A stretch of DNA of 64,000 bases. Source: a virus (Duplodnaviria > Caudoviricetes). Location of the stretch: the IMG/VR virus record IMGVR_UViG_3300050333_000165, positions 39,139 to 103,138 of that record. One strand, written 5' to 3'. The notes below the pieces were generated by a model. The model searched no databases and was not told where the DNA came from. It saw nothing but the letters and a program-made list of their open reading frames with translations. Shown here piece after piece: positions 56,786 to 64,000 of the stretch. Made by a program: the position numbers and the translations under genes. Position 1 is the stretch's first letter; each line of letters starts with the position of its first letter.

Positions 56786-57470
56786 CGCTGCCGGTCAACT
56801 CCCGGCCGGTTGCCCTACACTCCCGGCCCGTGGTGCTGCCGGTCAAGATCGGTTGCCGACGTGCCGCGCTGCCGGCCCCACGCTCCCGTCCCGTGGTGCT
56901 GCCGGCCCGTCACTCGGGGAGCATTGCCGGCCCCGCGGTGCTGCCGACGTGCCGCGCTGCCGGTCAACTCCCGGCCGATTGCCCCACGCTCCCGGCCCGT
57001 GGTGCGCCGGCCCCGTCACGCGGGAAGCATTGCCGGCCCCGTGGTGCTGCCGACGTGCCGCGCTGCCGGTCAACTCCCGGCCGGTTGCCCCACGCTCCCG
57101 GCCGGTTGCCGACGTGCTGCCGGCCCCACGCTCCCGGCCCGTGGTGCTGCCGGCCCGTCACTCGGGAAGCATTGCCGGCCCCGTGGTGCTGCCGACGTGC
57201 CGCGCTGCCGGTCAACTCCCGGCCGATTGCCCCACGCTCCCGGCCCGTGGTGCGCCGGCCCCGTCACGCGGGAAGCATTGCCGGCCCCGTGGTGCTGCCG
57301 ACGTGCCGCGCTGCCGGTCAACTCCCGGCCGGTTGCCCCACGCTCCCGGCCGGTTGCCCCACGCTCCCGGCCGGTTGCCGACGTGCTGCCGGCCCCACGC
57401 TCCCGGCCCGTGGTGCTGCCGGCCCGTCACTCGGGAAGCATTGCCGGCCCGTGGTGCTGCCGACGTGCCT
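56786..57470 (+). repeat. Modular GC-rich repeat block B with ~248-bp higher-order period
   Basis: GGTCAACTCCCGGCCGATTGCCCCACG recurs at ~56962 and ~57210; sub-periods of ~106 and ~142 bp. Confidence 0.92.
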
Positions 57471-57962
57471 CGCGTATCGGCCGTGCCGGTTCTGTGCGAT
57501 TCTGCGATGAAAGCTCTTGCAGCAGTCTTGATTGCTACGCCGATTGCAGCGGATCGGGGCGTGGCGGATCGGCCCGCGGCCTTGGCGGCTGCGCTCTAAC
57601 CGTGGCGCGCGCTCCCTTGAGATAACCGTGCGTAGGATTTTTCTGGCGGAGCCTTTCTGGAACTCCCCGCGGTTATTCCGGCTGGCGGCGGCCGGCGATC
57701 AGCGGTAATCGGCGGCGCTGTCCGCGGCGGTGCCGCCCTCCCGTAACCTTCTCGATTCTCGTTCCCCTTCCCGCCGTGGCGGCGTTGCAAGCAGCGCATA
57801 AACGCGCTGCCGATGCCCCGCCAATGCTGCCCCCTTCGCATGGTTGCCGGCCCCTGTCGTCAAGTTGCCGGTTCCGTTGCGTGGGGTTGCACGGCGGGCA
57901 AGCTGCCGGCGGCCAGGTCAAGCGGCGGCTCCGGGTCGAGTGGCCCGGCGGCCGGCGGCTCG

Positions 57963-58049
57963 GTCGAGCGGTTCCGCTTGGTCGAGCGGCGGGCGGGCGT
58001 AGTCGAGCGGCCCCGCCTGGTCGAGCGGCGCGCGAGCCTGGTCGAGCGG
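57963..58049 (+). repeat. Five spaced GTCGAGCGG repeats (iteron-like)
   Basis: Copies at 57963, 57981, 58002, 58020, 58041 (spacing 18/21/18/21). Confidence 0.85.
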
Positions 58050-58330
58050 CCCGGTGTTTCCAGTCGGGAATGGCGGCGGGCCAGCGGCCAGCTCCGATTG
58101 GCCCAGCGGCCGGCTTCGGCGGCCAGTGGTAGGCCGGTGTTTCCGGTCGGGAAGCGGCGCGGGGCGGCCCCGTGGCCGGCTTCGGCCCGTCAGTAGTGGC
58201 CCGACTTGGAAGCTGCCAAGCGAGCCGACGTTAAGCGCCCCAAGCGCGCCGGCGTCAAGCGCTTCCGGTGTTGACCCCTTGCAACTCTGACCCCGTTGAC
58301 CCTCGCCAGATAGACCGGGGCGGCAAGCGC

Positions 58331-58367
58331 AAAAGAGAAACCGGCCGCTTTTCCAAGGCGGTCGGTT
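58331..58367 (-). terminator. Intrinsic terminator of the - strand early operon
   Basis: AACCGGCCGC...GCGGTCGGTT stem with a T-rich tail on the minus strand, just past the 58390 stop. Confidence 0.65.
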
Positions 58368-58389
58368 CAGAAGAGGAATGCCGTATTCG

Positions 58390-58833
58390 TTAGAGGTCGC
58401 CTTGACGTTTCTTCGCGGCGGCCAATTCGCTGCGCTTGGCGGCGGCGTTGCTTTCCAGGTCGGCAAGCTCGCTTTCCAGTTGCTCCACTTCATGGGCGGC
58501 TTTGGATTGTTCGGCTTGCCGGCTTAGGCCGGGGTGCGCGGCAAGGTACTCGGTCCAAGCCTTTGCCAGCACTTCGCGGGCAGTCTTGCGGGCGGGCTGG
58601 CTGGCCTCTTGGTACTTGTCCTTGCGGTCGAGATAGGGATTGTGCCAATCCTTCGCCGTCCATTGCCCGTCAACGAGGTGGCAGTGATATGAAACGTGGT
58701 AGGGGATTCCCCGGATGGTGACAACCTGCCCTTTGTTTCCATCGGAATTAAGGTAGACATGGGCCGCTTCCGTCATGGTGAAGTTGACGGCCCCGATAGG
58801 TGTTTCCAGGATTCCGCGCGGCGGTTCGATCAT
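58390..58833 (-). CDS. Hypothetical protein with C-terminal coiled coil
   Basis: ORF from MIEPPRG; heptad C-terminus. Confidence 0.65.
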   Translation of the reverse strand: MIEPPRGILETPIGAVNFTMTEAAHVYLNSDGNKGQVVTIRGIPYHVSYHCHLVDGQWTAKDWHNPYLDRKDKYQEASQPARKTAREVLAKAWTEYLAAHPGLSRQAEQSKAAHEVEQLESELADLESNAAAKRSELAAAKKRQGDL

Positions 58834-58924
58834 CGTTGTCTCTTCTTGCGGCAGTTGTTCGGAGCGGGGCCGGGCCGCGACAAGCGGCCCGGCCCCAGGA
58901 GCAACACAACACTTCTTCTTGTTT

Positions 58925-59332
58925 CTAGGAACCGGACCCGTAGATGATTCCATCGTCGCCAACGTAAAGGTAATACTCCCCGCACTTCTCGCTGGCGGCG
59001 GTTAGCCGTTCCCCGGCATCGTCCGGCAGACAATCGTTGCGGTCCCAAAATCCGCAACCGTGGCCGTTTCGCGTCAACCAGAAGTCATGCCCGCCCAATT
59101 CGGCGGCCGTCCATTGCGGATGATCGTAGCGGGCAAGATCGGCCGTGTTTTCCTCTTGGAAGCGATGGCAATCGGCAACCATTCTCTCCAAGGTGTCGGG
59201 GTCTATGTCCGCGATTCCGTAGTTGGCATCGAGCGGTTCGCCCCCTTGCGGCGTCGATTCGTCGTTACTGCTCCACAAAGCTGCTTCGATGTAGGCCAGC
59301 GTGAACTCATCAAGCTGTTGCTGCGTTCTCAT
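58925..59332 (-). CDS. Conserved acidic phage protein
   Basis: YIEAALWSS...GHDFWLTRNGHGCGFWDR; shared leader motif. Confidence 0.75.
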   Translation of the reverse strand: MRTQQQLDEFTLAYIEAALWSSNDESTPQGGEPLDANYGIADIDPDTLERMVADCHRFQEENTADLARYDHPQWTAAELGGHDFWLTRNGHGCGFWDRNDCLPDDAGERLTAASEKCGEYYLYVGDDGIIYGSGS

Positions 59333-59370
59333 GGTTGGTTGCTCCGGTGTTGTTTGCTTTGCTATGGGCG

Positions 59371-59946
59371 CTATTCGGTCAACCCGTCCGCCTTGACCAG
59401 CGCCCGCAGCACGGCCTTGGCAACCTTCAGGCTCTTGTAGCGAAGTTCGATGCTGACGCTTTCCCCGTTGCCGTGTACGTCAACCGTTAGGCCACTGGCG
59501 TAAATCTGCTTCGGATTGCCCTGCATTCGCCGGGTAGCTTCTTCTCCCAGCATCGCGGCCAGTTCCACCGTCACCTCTTGCTGCCGGTTGCGGCTGGCGT
59601 TGTGCTGCTTCACCCGTTCCGCTTGCTCGGCATAGACGGCCGTGTACCACGGCAGGAAGCGCCGCTGGATTTCGGCGGCAATCTTCTCCGGCGGCCGGCT
59701 CCGGGCGATGGTGATATGCTGGCACTTGTCCGGGCGGTATTGCTGGCGGTCGCTGGTCCACGGCCACATGCCGCTAATGTAGAAGCGGCCTTTCACTTGG
59801 GTCATGTTGACGTGAATCCCCCGCCCGTTTTCGTCGATCAGCACGGCGCACCACGTATGATCGGCGTAGGTAGGGTCGAGTTCCCAGCCTGGCAGGTAAG
59901 GCAGAAGGGCGGTTAGTTCGGCATCTAGCTGTTGCTTTTCGATCAT
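59371..59946 (-). CDS. Hypothetical protein
   Basis: Operon position and codon bias. Confidence 0.65.
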   Translation of the reverse strand: MIEKQQLDAELTALLPYLPGWELDPTYADHTWCAVLIDENGRGIHVNMTQVKGRFYISGMWPWTSDRQQYRPDKCQHITIARSRPPEKIAAEIQRRFLPWYTAVYAEQAERVKQHNASRNRQQEVTVELAAMLGEEATRRMQGNPKQIYASGLTVDVHGNGESVSIELRYKSLKVAKAVLRALVKADGLTE

Positions 59947-59950
59947 GGTG

Positions 59951-60145
59951 TCAATCGCATGTCTTGAGGTGAATCGTTGCCTCTCCGCTTTGGTTGGCGA
60001 TGCGGACGTTGAAGGAGTGTCCGCTCCCATCCTCCCGTTCAATGGATTGCAGGATTCCGAAGTGGCGATTCCCGCTGGTGTCGGTGAAATGGTGCGGCAG
60101 CGGGTACTCTCCGGCCAGGGCCTTGAACAGTTCCCATTTCGTCAT
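59951..60145 (-). CDS. Hypothetical protein
   Basis: ATGA coupling; IEREDGSGHSFNV. Confidence 0.6.
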   Translation of the reverse strand: MTKWELFKALAGEYPLPHHFTDTSGNRHFGILQSIEREDGSGHSFNVRIANQSGEATIHLKTCD

Positions 60146-60513
60146 AGGTCGTATCCGTTGTCCCGGTAGTGCTCTTGCCACAACTCCACCACCTCCTTGC
60201 TGCCAAGGCCCTCTTGCGCTTCGGCAACGGCCTCCTCGACATACTCCACGCCCACGGCGGTCAACTCGCCGAACAGGTAGCCCACCTTCTCGCCGCTTGC
60301 CAACGTGACGGCGTTTACACAGTGTTCCCCGGCGGCGCAGTGTTGCGGGGTGTCCGATTCCCCATCGTCGCCAGCGCGTTTGGGGTACTCGTCGCTGTCA
60401 AAGGTCCATTCATCGTCGGGGTTCGCGGGGGCGTTGCCGGCGGCCTTCAGCCGCTCGCAAATGGCCCGGCCGCAATCATCGCACCATACGTCAGCGTGGT
60501 AGATGTAGCTCAT
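60142..60513 (-). CDS. Acidic Cys-containing hypothetical protein
   Basis: YHADVWCDDCG...ESDTPQHC; shared leader motif. Confidence 0.7.
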   Translation of the reverse strand: MSYIYHADVWCDDCGRAICERLKAAGNAPANPDDEWTFDSDEYPKRAGDDGESDTPQHCAAGEHCVNAVTLASGEKVGYLFGELTAVGVEYVEEAVAEAQEGLGSKEVVELWQEHYRDNGYDL

Positions 60514-60875
60514 GGTTGCTTGCTCCCGTTTGGCAGGAAAAGCCCCAGCTCGCAAAAGAAGTCGTCAACCGCGGCTTGCGCCATACGCCGGCTCTTGAAC
60601 ATGGCGGCGTCGTAAAGGTGATTCCACTTTCCGCAACAGCGGTTTAACCGCGTATCGCGGATGGCCGCATTGGCGCGGTCCAGGTCGGTCCAAACGCAAG
60701 CCACCCAATCTTCTTCCGGGGCAACTTCCAAGGGGCCGATGCTGGTGGCGAGAAGGTACGGATAGCACTTCTCCTCTTCCCGCTTGACCGCCCCCAGGGT
60801 GTCTAGGCGTTTGCCGACTTCCGCCTTGAACCAAGCTCGGTTCTTTTGCTCTTGATTGGTGATTCGCGCACGCAT
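60510..60875 (-). CDS. Hypothetical protein
   Basis: Coupled to neighbouring genes on both sides. Confidence 0.6.
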   Translation of the reverse strand: MRARITNQEQKNRAWFKAEVGKRLDTLGAVKREEEKCYPYLLATSIGPLEVAPEEDWVACVWTDLDRANAAIRDTRLNRCCGKWNHLYDAAMFKSRRMAQAAVDDFFCELGLFLPNGSKQP

Positions 60876-61153
60876 TAGATGAACGCCTCCTCTAGGCCGG
60901 CTTCCACGGCGGCCCGCTCTTGCCCGTCCAAGGCGCGAATCAGGTTGGCATCATCGTCGCCCCAGAAAAGAGAAATGAAGTCGTACCCGTGGTAGTTGGG
61001 CGTGGCGAACCCGACGCCCGGCCCGCCGTCAATCCAGCGGTCTACCTGCCCGACGCTCAATTCGTTGAGGTAATCCAGGGCATCGTCCAGGGAGTCGAGT
61101 GACTCGTACTCGCCGGCATCGCCCACGCGAATCCAAAGCCGTTGCTGTCTCAT
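60875..61153 (-). CDS. Acidic hypothetical protein
   Basis: GGAG RBS; TAATG coupling. Confidence 0.6.
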   Translation of the reverse strand: MRQQRLWIRVGDAGEYESLDSLDDALDYLNELSVGQVDRWIDGGPGVGFATPNYHGYDFISLFWGDDDANLIRALDGQERAAVEAGLEEAFI

Positions 61154-61183
61154 AGTGTTCGCTCCATTCCCCGCAAGCCGGTG

Positions 61184-61372
61184 CTATGCCCGCGTGTTGA
61201 GCCGTTCGCAAAGGGCGTCGATTTCGTCATTGCTCAGCGGCTCCAGTGTGCCACTGTCGCTGGCGATGTCATACTCCGGCGCATAGGTGGCCGCGGTGCG
61301 ACCACTCACTTGCCAGTAGCGCAGGGCCGCCAGGATGGTTGCGAACTCTCGGGGTGTCACGCTTGGCAACAT
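61184..61372 (-). CDS. Small conserved phage protein
   Basis: RE.ATILAALRYWQ...L...EIDALCERLN; downstream of the promoter at 61411-61437. Confidence 0.65.
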   Translation of the reverse strand: MLPSVTPREFATILAALRYWQVSGRTAATYAPEYDIASDSGTLEPLSNDEIDALCERLNTRA

Positions 61373-61410
61373 GGTTGTGTATTCCCTTGAATGCTTGCTC
61401 TACTACTAAC

Positions 61411-61437
61411 GACAGTATCAGAAGGTCTGTAAGTCAA
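61411..61437 (-). promoter_or_regulatory. Sigma70-like early promoter/operator motif
   Basis: TTGACTTACAGACCTTCTGATAC. Confidence 0.6.
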
Positions 61438-61847
61438 GGGCAAACGGCCGGATTCTTCGCTTCGCTCTTGAACCCGCAGGCGTCACATTCCCGCCAAACA
61501 AGTCCATCGCGCCGCTTCTCTCGCCATTCCAGGGCGTTGCCGCAAGCCGGACAACTCGCGCAGCGCTCTTGATAGCCGGCGGGGTCCAAGACGTAAGCGG
61601 CAAGCCAGTGGCGAATCCACACCTTGCACTGGTCGCGGGGGTCGATCTTCCGGTCACGGTCCTCCAGCCATTTCCGCCAACGGGGGTTGTTGGCATGGAA
61701 GTAACGGAATCGCTGGTCACAGTAGGCCGTAAACCAGGTCACTTGTGCCGGCGTCAGGGCGTGGGGCTTCTCGGCCAGGACTGCCCCGACGTGGTAATCC
61801 AGCATCAGGCAAGTCTTTTCCAGAAAGGCGTCAGGCGTTGTCAGCAT
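61434..61847 (-). CDS. Hypothetical protein with C-terminal Zn ribbon
   Basis: CPACG...CDACG; GGAG RBS. Confidence 0.6.
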   Translation of the reverse strand: MLTTPDAFLEKTCLMLDYHVGAVLAEKPHALTPAQVTWFTAYCDQRFRYFHANNPRWRKWLEDRDRKIDPRDQCKVWIRHWLAAYVLDPAGYQERCASCPACGNALEWREKRRDGLVWRECDACGFKSEAKNPAVCP

Positions 61848-62032
61848 GGGCGTTGCTCCACCACGGCAAAACAGCGGCCGGGCATGGTTTCCGCTAACTC
61901 CGCCTTGACGCGATCCGCCGCTTCCCGGTTGGAAAAGCGGCGTTGCGTTGCGGGCTGGATTGCCAGCGGGGCGTTTGCCCACCACTTGATGATGATAAAC
62001 ACGGTTTCACCTTCAGGCTTCTTCTTGCTCGC

Positions 62033-62635
62033 CTATCGACCCTGCCCTACTACGGCAACCGATTGGAAGGGCGTGCCGGTGACGGCCGGGCCGCCGCTGG
62101 AATCGCGGCGGGCGATTTCCAAGTGGCAGGGTTGCCACCCGGTAGACTTGCCGACGATGAAACGGCGGCGTTCCCCGTGGCGATCCACTACCTCCACCCG
62201 CTTCCCCTCCAAACCGATCAGTTGCGGCGTCAATTCGGCCGGGCAGCGCAGATTGTTCCGCTGGCAGTAGGAGGCGGCCCGTTCCATGAGGGCCGTGTAG
62301 GCGTTGTAGGCCGGTATGGTGCCCCGCGATTCCAGCGGAAGATCGTCGGCCTGTAGCCCTTCGCCCCGCAACCATGCCGCCACGGCCTTGTGGCGCGCCA
62401 GTAGCACGTCAAAGCCAAGGCAGCTATAGCCGTCGCCGCAGGGAATGACGTATAGCTCTTGTTCGGCGTTGACGGTTACGTCACGGGCGGCCCGCTGGCT
62501 TTTCTCGAAAGGCCCCAGGGCGGCGCGAAGCCGGTCAAGGCTGCCCGCCAGGGCTGGGGTCCGCTCGGTATTCAGCAGCAATTGCCGGGCGGCCTGATAC
62601 AGTTCGGTCACGGCTTTTGCGGTTGGCTTGCTCAT
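62033..62635 (-). CDS. Conserved mobile-element hypothetical protein
   Basis: LTPQLIGLEGKRVEV...RRFIVGKSTGW.PCHLE. Confidence 0.7.
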   Translation of the reverse strand: MSKPTAKAVTELYQAARQLLLNTERTPALAGSLDRLRAALGPFEKSQRAARDVTVNAEQELYVIPCGDGYSCLGFDVLLARHKAVAAWLRGEGLQADDLPLESRGTIPAYNAYTALMERAASYCQRNNLRCPAELTPQLIGLEGKRVEVVDRHGERRRFIVGKSTGWQPCHLEIARRDSSGGPAVTGTPFQSVAVVGQGR

Positions 62636-62943
62636 GCGGCACCCCTCGCGATGGCAAGTCGCTTTTCGTGGTGGCGGCGGCTGGCCCGATTCAGCACGCG
62701 GGGCCGGTAGCCGATCCGCCGCAGCTCAGTCAACAGCGGGGCCGCCTCACGCCGGGTGGCAGGCCGGCTGTTGGCAATGCAATGGCCGTAGTCCGCCCCG
62801 GCGTGTTGCCCGATGTGCTGATAGCTGGTGCAGAAGTGGCCGTAGTTGTCGGCCGGGTCCGCTGGAAAGAGGGCGAACACGTCGGCATCGTCTCCCTTCC
62901 AAACGCGAATCACAACGGGATCGTTCTCTTGTGGCTTGCTCAT
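62632..62943 (-). CDS. Conserved phage early-type protein
   Basis: VFALFP...SYQHIGQH...RPAT..E..PLL.EL..IGY; shared leader motif. Confidence 0.7.
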   Translation of the reverse strand: MSKPQENDPVVIRVWKGDDADVFALFPADPADNYGHFCTSYQHIGQHAGADYGHCIANSRPATRREAAPLLTELRRIGYRPRVLNRASRRHHEKRLAIARGAA

Positions 62944-62979
62944 GGTTGCTTGCTCCGGTGTTGCTCGCCTCACTACTCA

Positions 62980-63007
62980 AGTATGTATCAACAGGTCCGT
63001 AAGTCAA
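62980..63007 (-). promoter_or_regulatory. Sigma70-like early promoter
   Basis: TTGACT-N16-CATACT. Confidence 0.65.
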
Positions 63008-63080
63008 AAGCAAAAAGAAGGATTTTGCAGCAGGGGCAGAAACCGGGGGCCGGTCACGATGGTCGCACGGTTAGCGACGG

Positions 63081-63803
63081 TCAGGCGGCGTGGCTTGCGG
63101 CTGGTGCGGGAACGTGAAAGACCCCGCCCACGTCAACCTGCCGGCGCAGCCAGCGGTAGAAGTCGATGTCGTCGATGTGGTCTTTCGCCATGCGGTCGTA
63201 ATCCTGCCCCATGTCCGGGTTCAAGGCGGCCCGGCGGGTCCGCTCGCAACGCGCGGTTGCCAGGAGGTAGTGGGCGTGCTCAATGAACTTGTCCACGTCG
63301 GCCACGCTCACGGCTTCACGCTGAAAAGGGGCGGGCTGAAGCGCTTGCTTGACGCGCTCCACGGCGGAAAATCGGCCGTTGGCGAACCGCTCGGAGATTT
63401 CGATGAACAGGTCGGGGTACTGCCGGCGAACTTCCGGCGGCACTTCTAAGCCGGCATCAACAGCGGCCTTGACGTTCATTTCGTGAGTGATTCCCGTCAG
63501 GGCATGTAGATCGGCGTCCAGATCGACAAAGGTTCCGGTGTAGGACCCCCTGTAGATACGCCGGGGTTCCCCGCCGTTGACGCTGGCAACGGCTTGTGTC
63601 CGTTTCGGCGTCACTTCCCCGATGGTCAGCAGCTCGAAACGGTCGCCGTAGGGCGGCTTGTAGCAGTAGCTCTTCCCCGCCTGTATGCCGTCGAACTGGC
63701 AAGTCGGGCAGGCGTCCAGCATGGCGCGGCACTCCCGCGCCATGTCATTGGCGACCATGCGATGAAAGCCCTTGCGAAGGGCAACGTCGATTCCGCTACT
63801 CAT
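63081..63803 (-). CDS. Hypothetical protein
   Basis: Long ORF with the shared GGAGCAA leader. Confidence 0.65.
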   Translation of the reverse strand: MSSGIDVALRKGFHRMVANDMARECRAMLDACPTCQFDGIQAGKSYCYKPPYGDRFELLTIGEVTPKRTQAVASVNGGEPRRIYRGSYTGTFVDLDADLHALTGITHEMNVKAAVDAGLEVPPEVRRQYPDLFIEISERFANGRFSAVERVKQALQPAPFQREAVSVADVDKFIEHAHYLLATARCERTRRAALNPDMGQDYDRMAKDHIDDIDFYRWLRRQVDVGGVFHVPAPAASHAA

Positions 63804-64000
63804 GGCTGTTGCTCCGGTTGAAAGGTCAGGGCGGCAAGGCCGTCGCCCTCCACGGTGAAAACGTCGCCCGGCCGGGCAGTCAGGCGATAGCGGCGACCCA
63901 ACACGTTTTGGACGTAGGCCGCTTGCTTGTAGGCTTCCCGTTTCGGGTCCGCCACGGTGACGGTATCGCCGTAGGGGCCTTGGTCGATGGCGTGAAACAC
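63800..64000 (-). CDS. Hypothetical protein (5' partial)
   Basis: Open frame from the window edge; ATGA coupling to the next gene. Confidence 0.5.
   Translation of the reverse strand: MFHAIDQGPYGDTVTVADPKREAYKQAAYVQNVLGRRYRLTARPGDVFTVEGDGLAALTFQPEQQP

Larger units (their letters stand above)
1..64000. mobile_element. Large prophage or phage-derived integrative element (ends not in window; packaging genes disrupted)
   Basis: Terminase, portal-like gene, PolA, helicase, ligase, sigma factor, serine recombinases and dense small hypothetical genes; no host housekeeping operon visible. Confidence 0.85.

Noticed and set aside
56786-57470. CRISPR array
   Set aside because: No constant repeat with unique spacers; the sequence between modules is itself repeated, and no cas operon is present
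56733-57625. Long ORFs in all frames across the repeat block
   Set aside because: By-product of stop-poor GC-rich repeats; no RBS or codon bias
1-64000. tRNA/rRNA genes, reverse transcriptase/DGR, IS transposases, capsid or tail genes
   Set aside because: None recognised by eye; tRNAscan/Infernal/HMM searches would be needed to exclude them formally

Overview
GC-rich 64-kb segment that reads throughout as a large, probably defective or rearranged prophage; a Planctomycetota-type host is my guess from gene content and cannot be confirmed here. (1) 1-32.3 kb is a + strand replication/nucleotide-metabolism arm: SNF2-like helicase with an HNH intein in Walker A, family-A DNA polymerase with a CxxCxGxG insert, ATP-dependent ligase, VRR-NUC, PD-(D/E)XK and DEDD nucleases, ParB, its own sigma factor, six orphan DNA methyltransferases, a radical SAM protein, and deoC plus an N-deoxyribosyltransferase/hydrolase. 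It ends in an excisionase-like HTH and a large serine recombinase. (2) 32.2-38.6 kb is a - strand packaging arm: TerS-like gene, envelope peptidase/lipoprotein/thioredoxin genes, frameshifted gpA-type TerL, and a portal-like gene cut off exactly where the recombinase ends. (3) 40-46.7 kb is a three-gene defence-like cassette (unknown + PLD + SNF2 helicase). (4) 46.8-64 kb is an early/accessory region: GHKL ATPase, SprT-like protease, an intact and a catalytically degenerate small serine recombinase, long non-coding tracts with modular repeats, and many small genes sharing promoter and leader motifs. Top candidates: a recombinase-split portal gene (possible inversion/excision switch) and a repeated bipartite motif ACTCCAAA-N13-CGTGATTYA that is probably read by the phage sigma factor. 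All product calls come from motif recognition by eye; no database searches were run.
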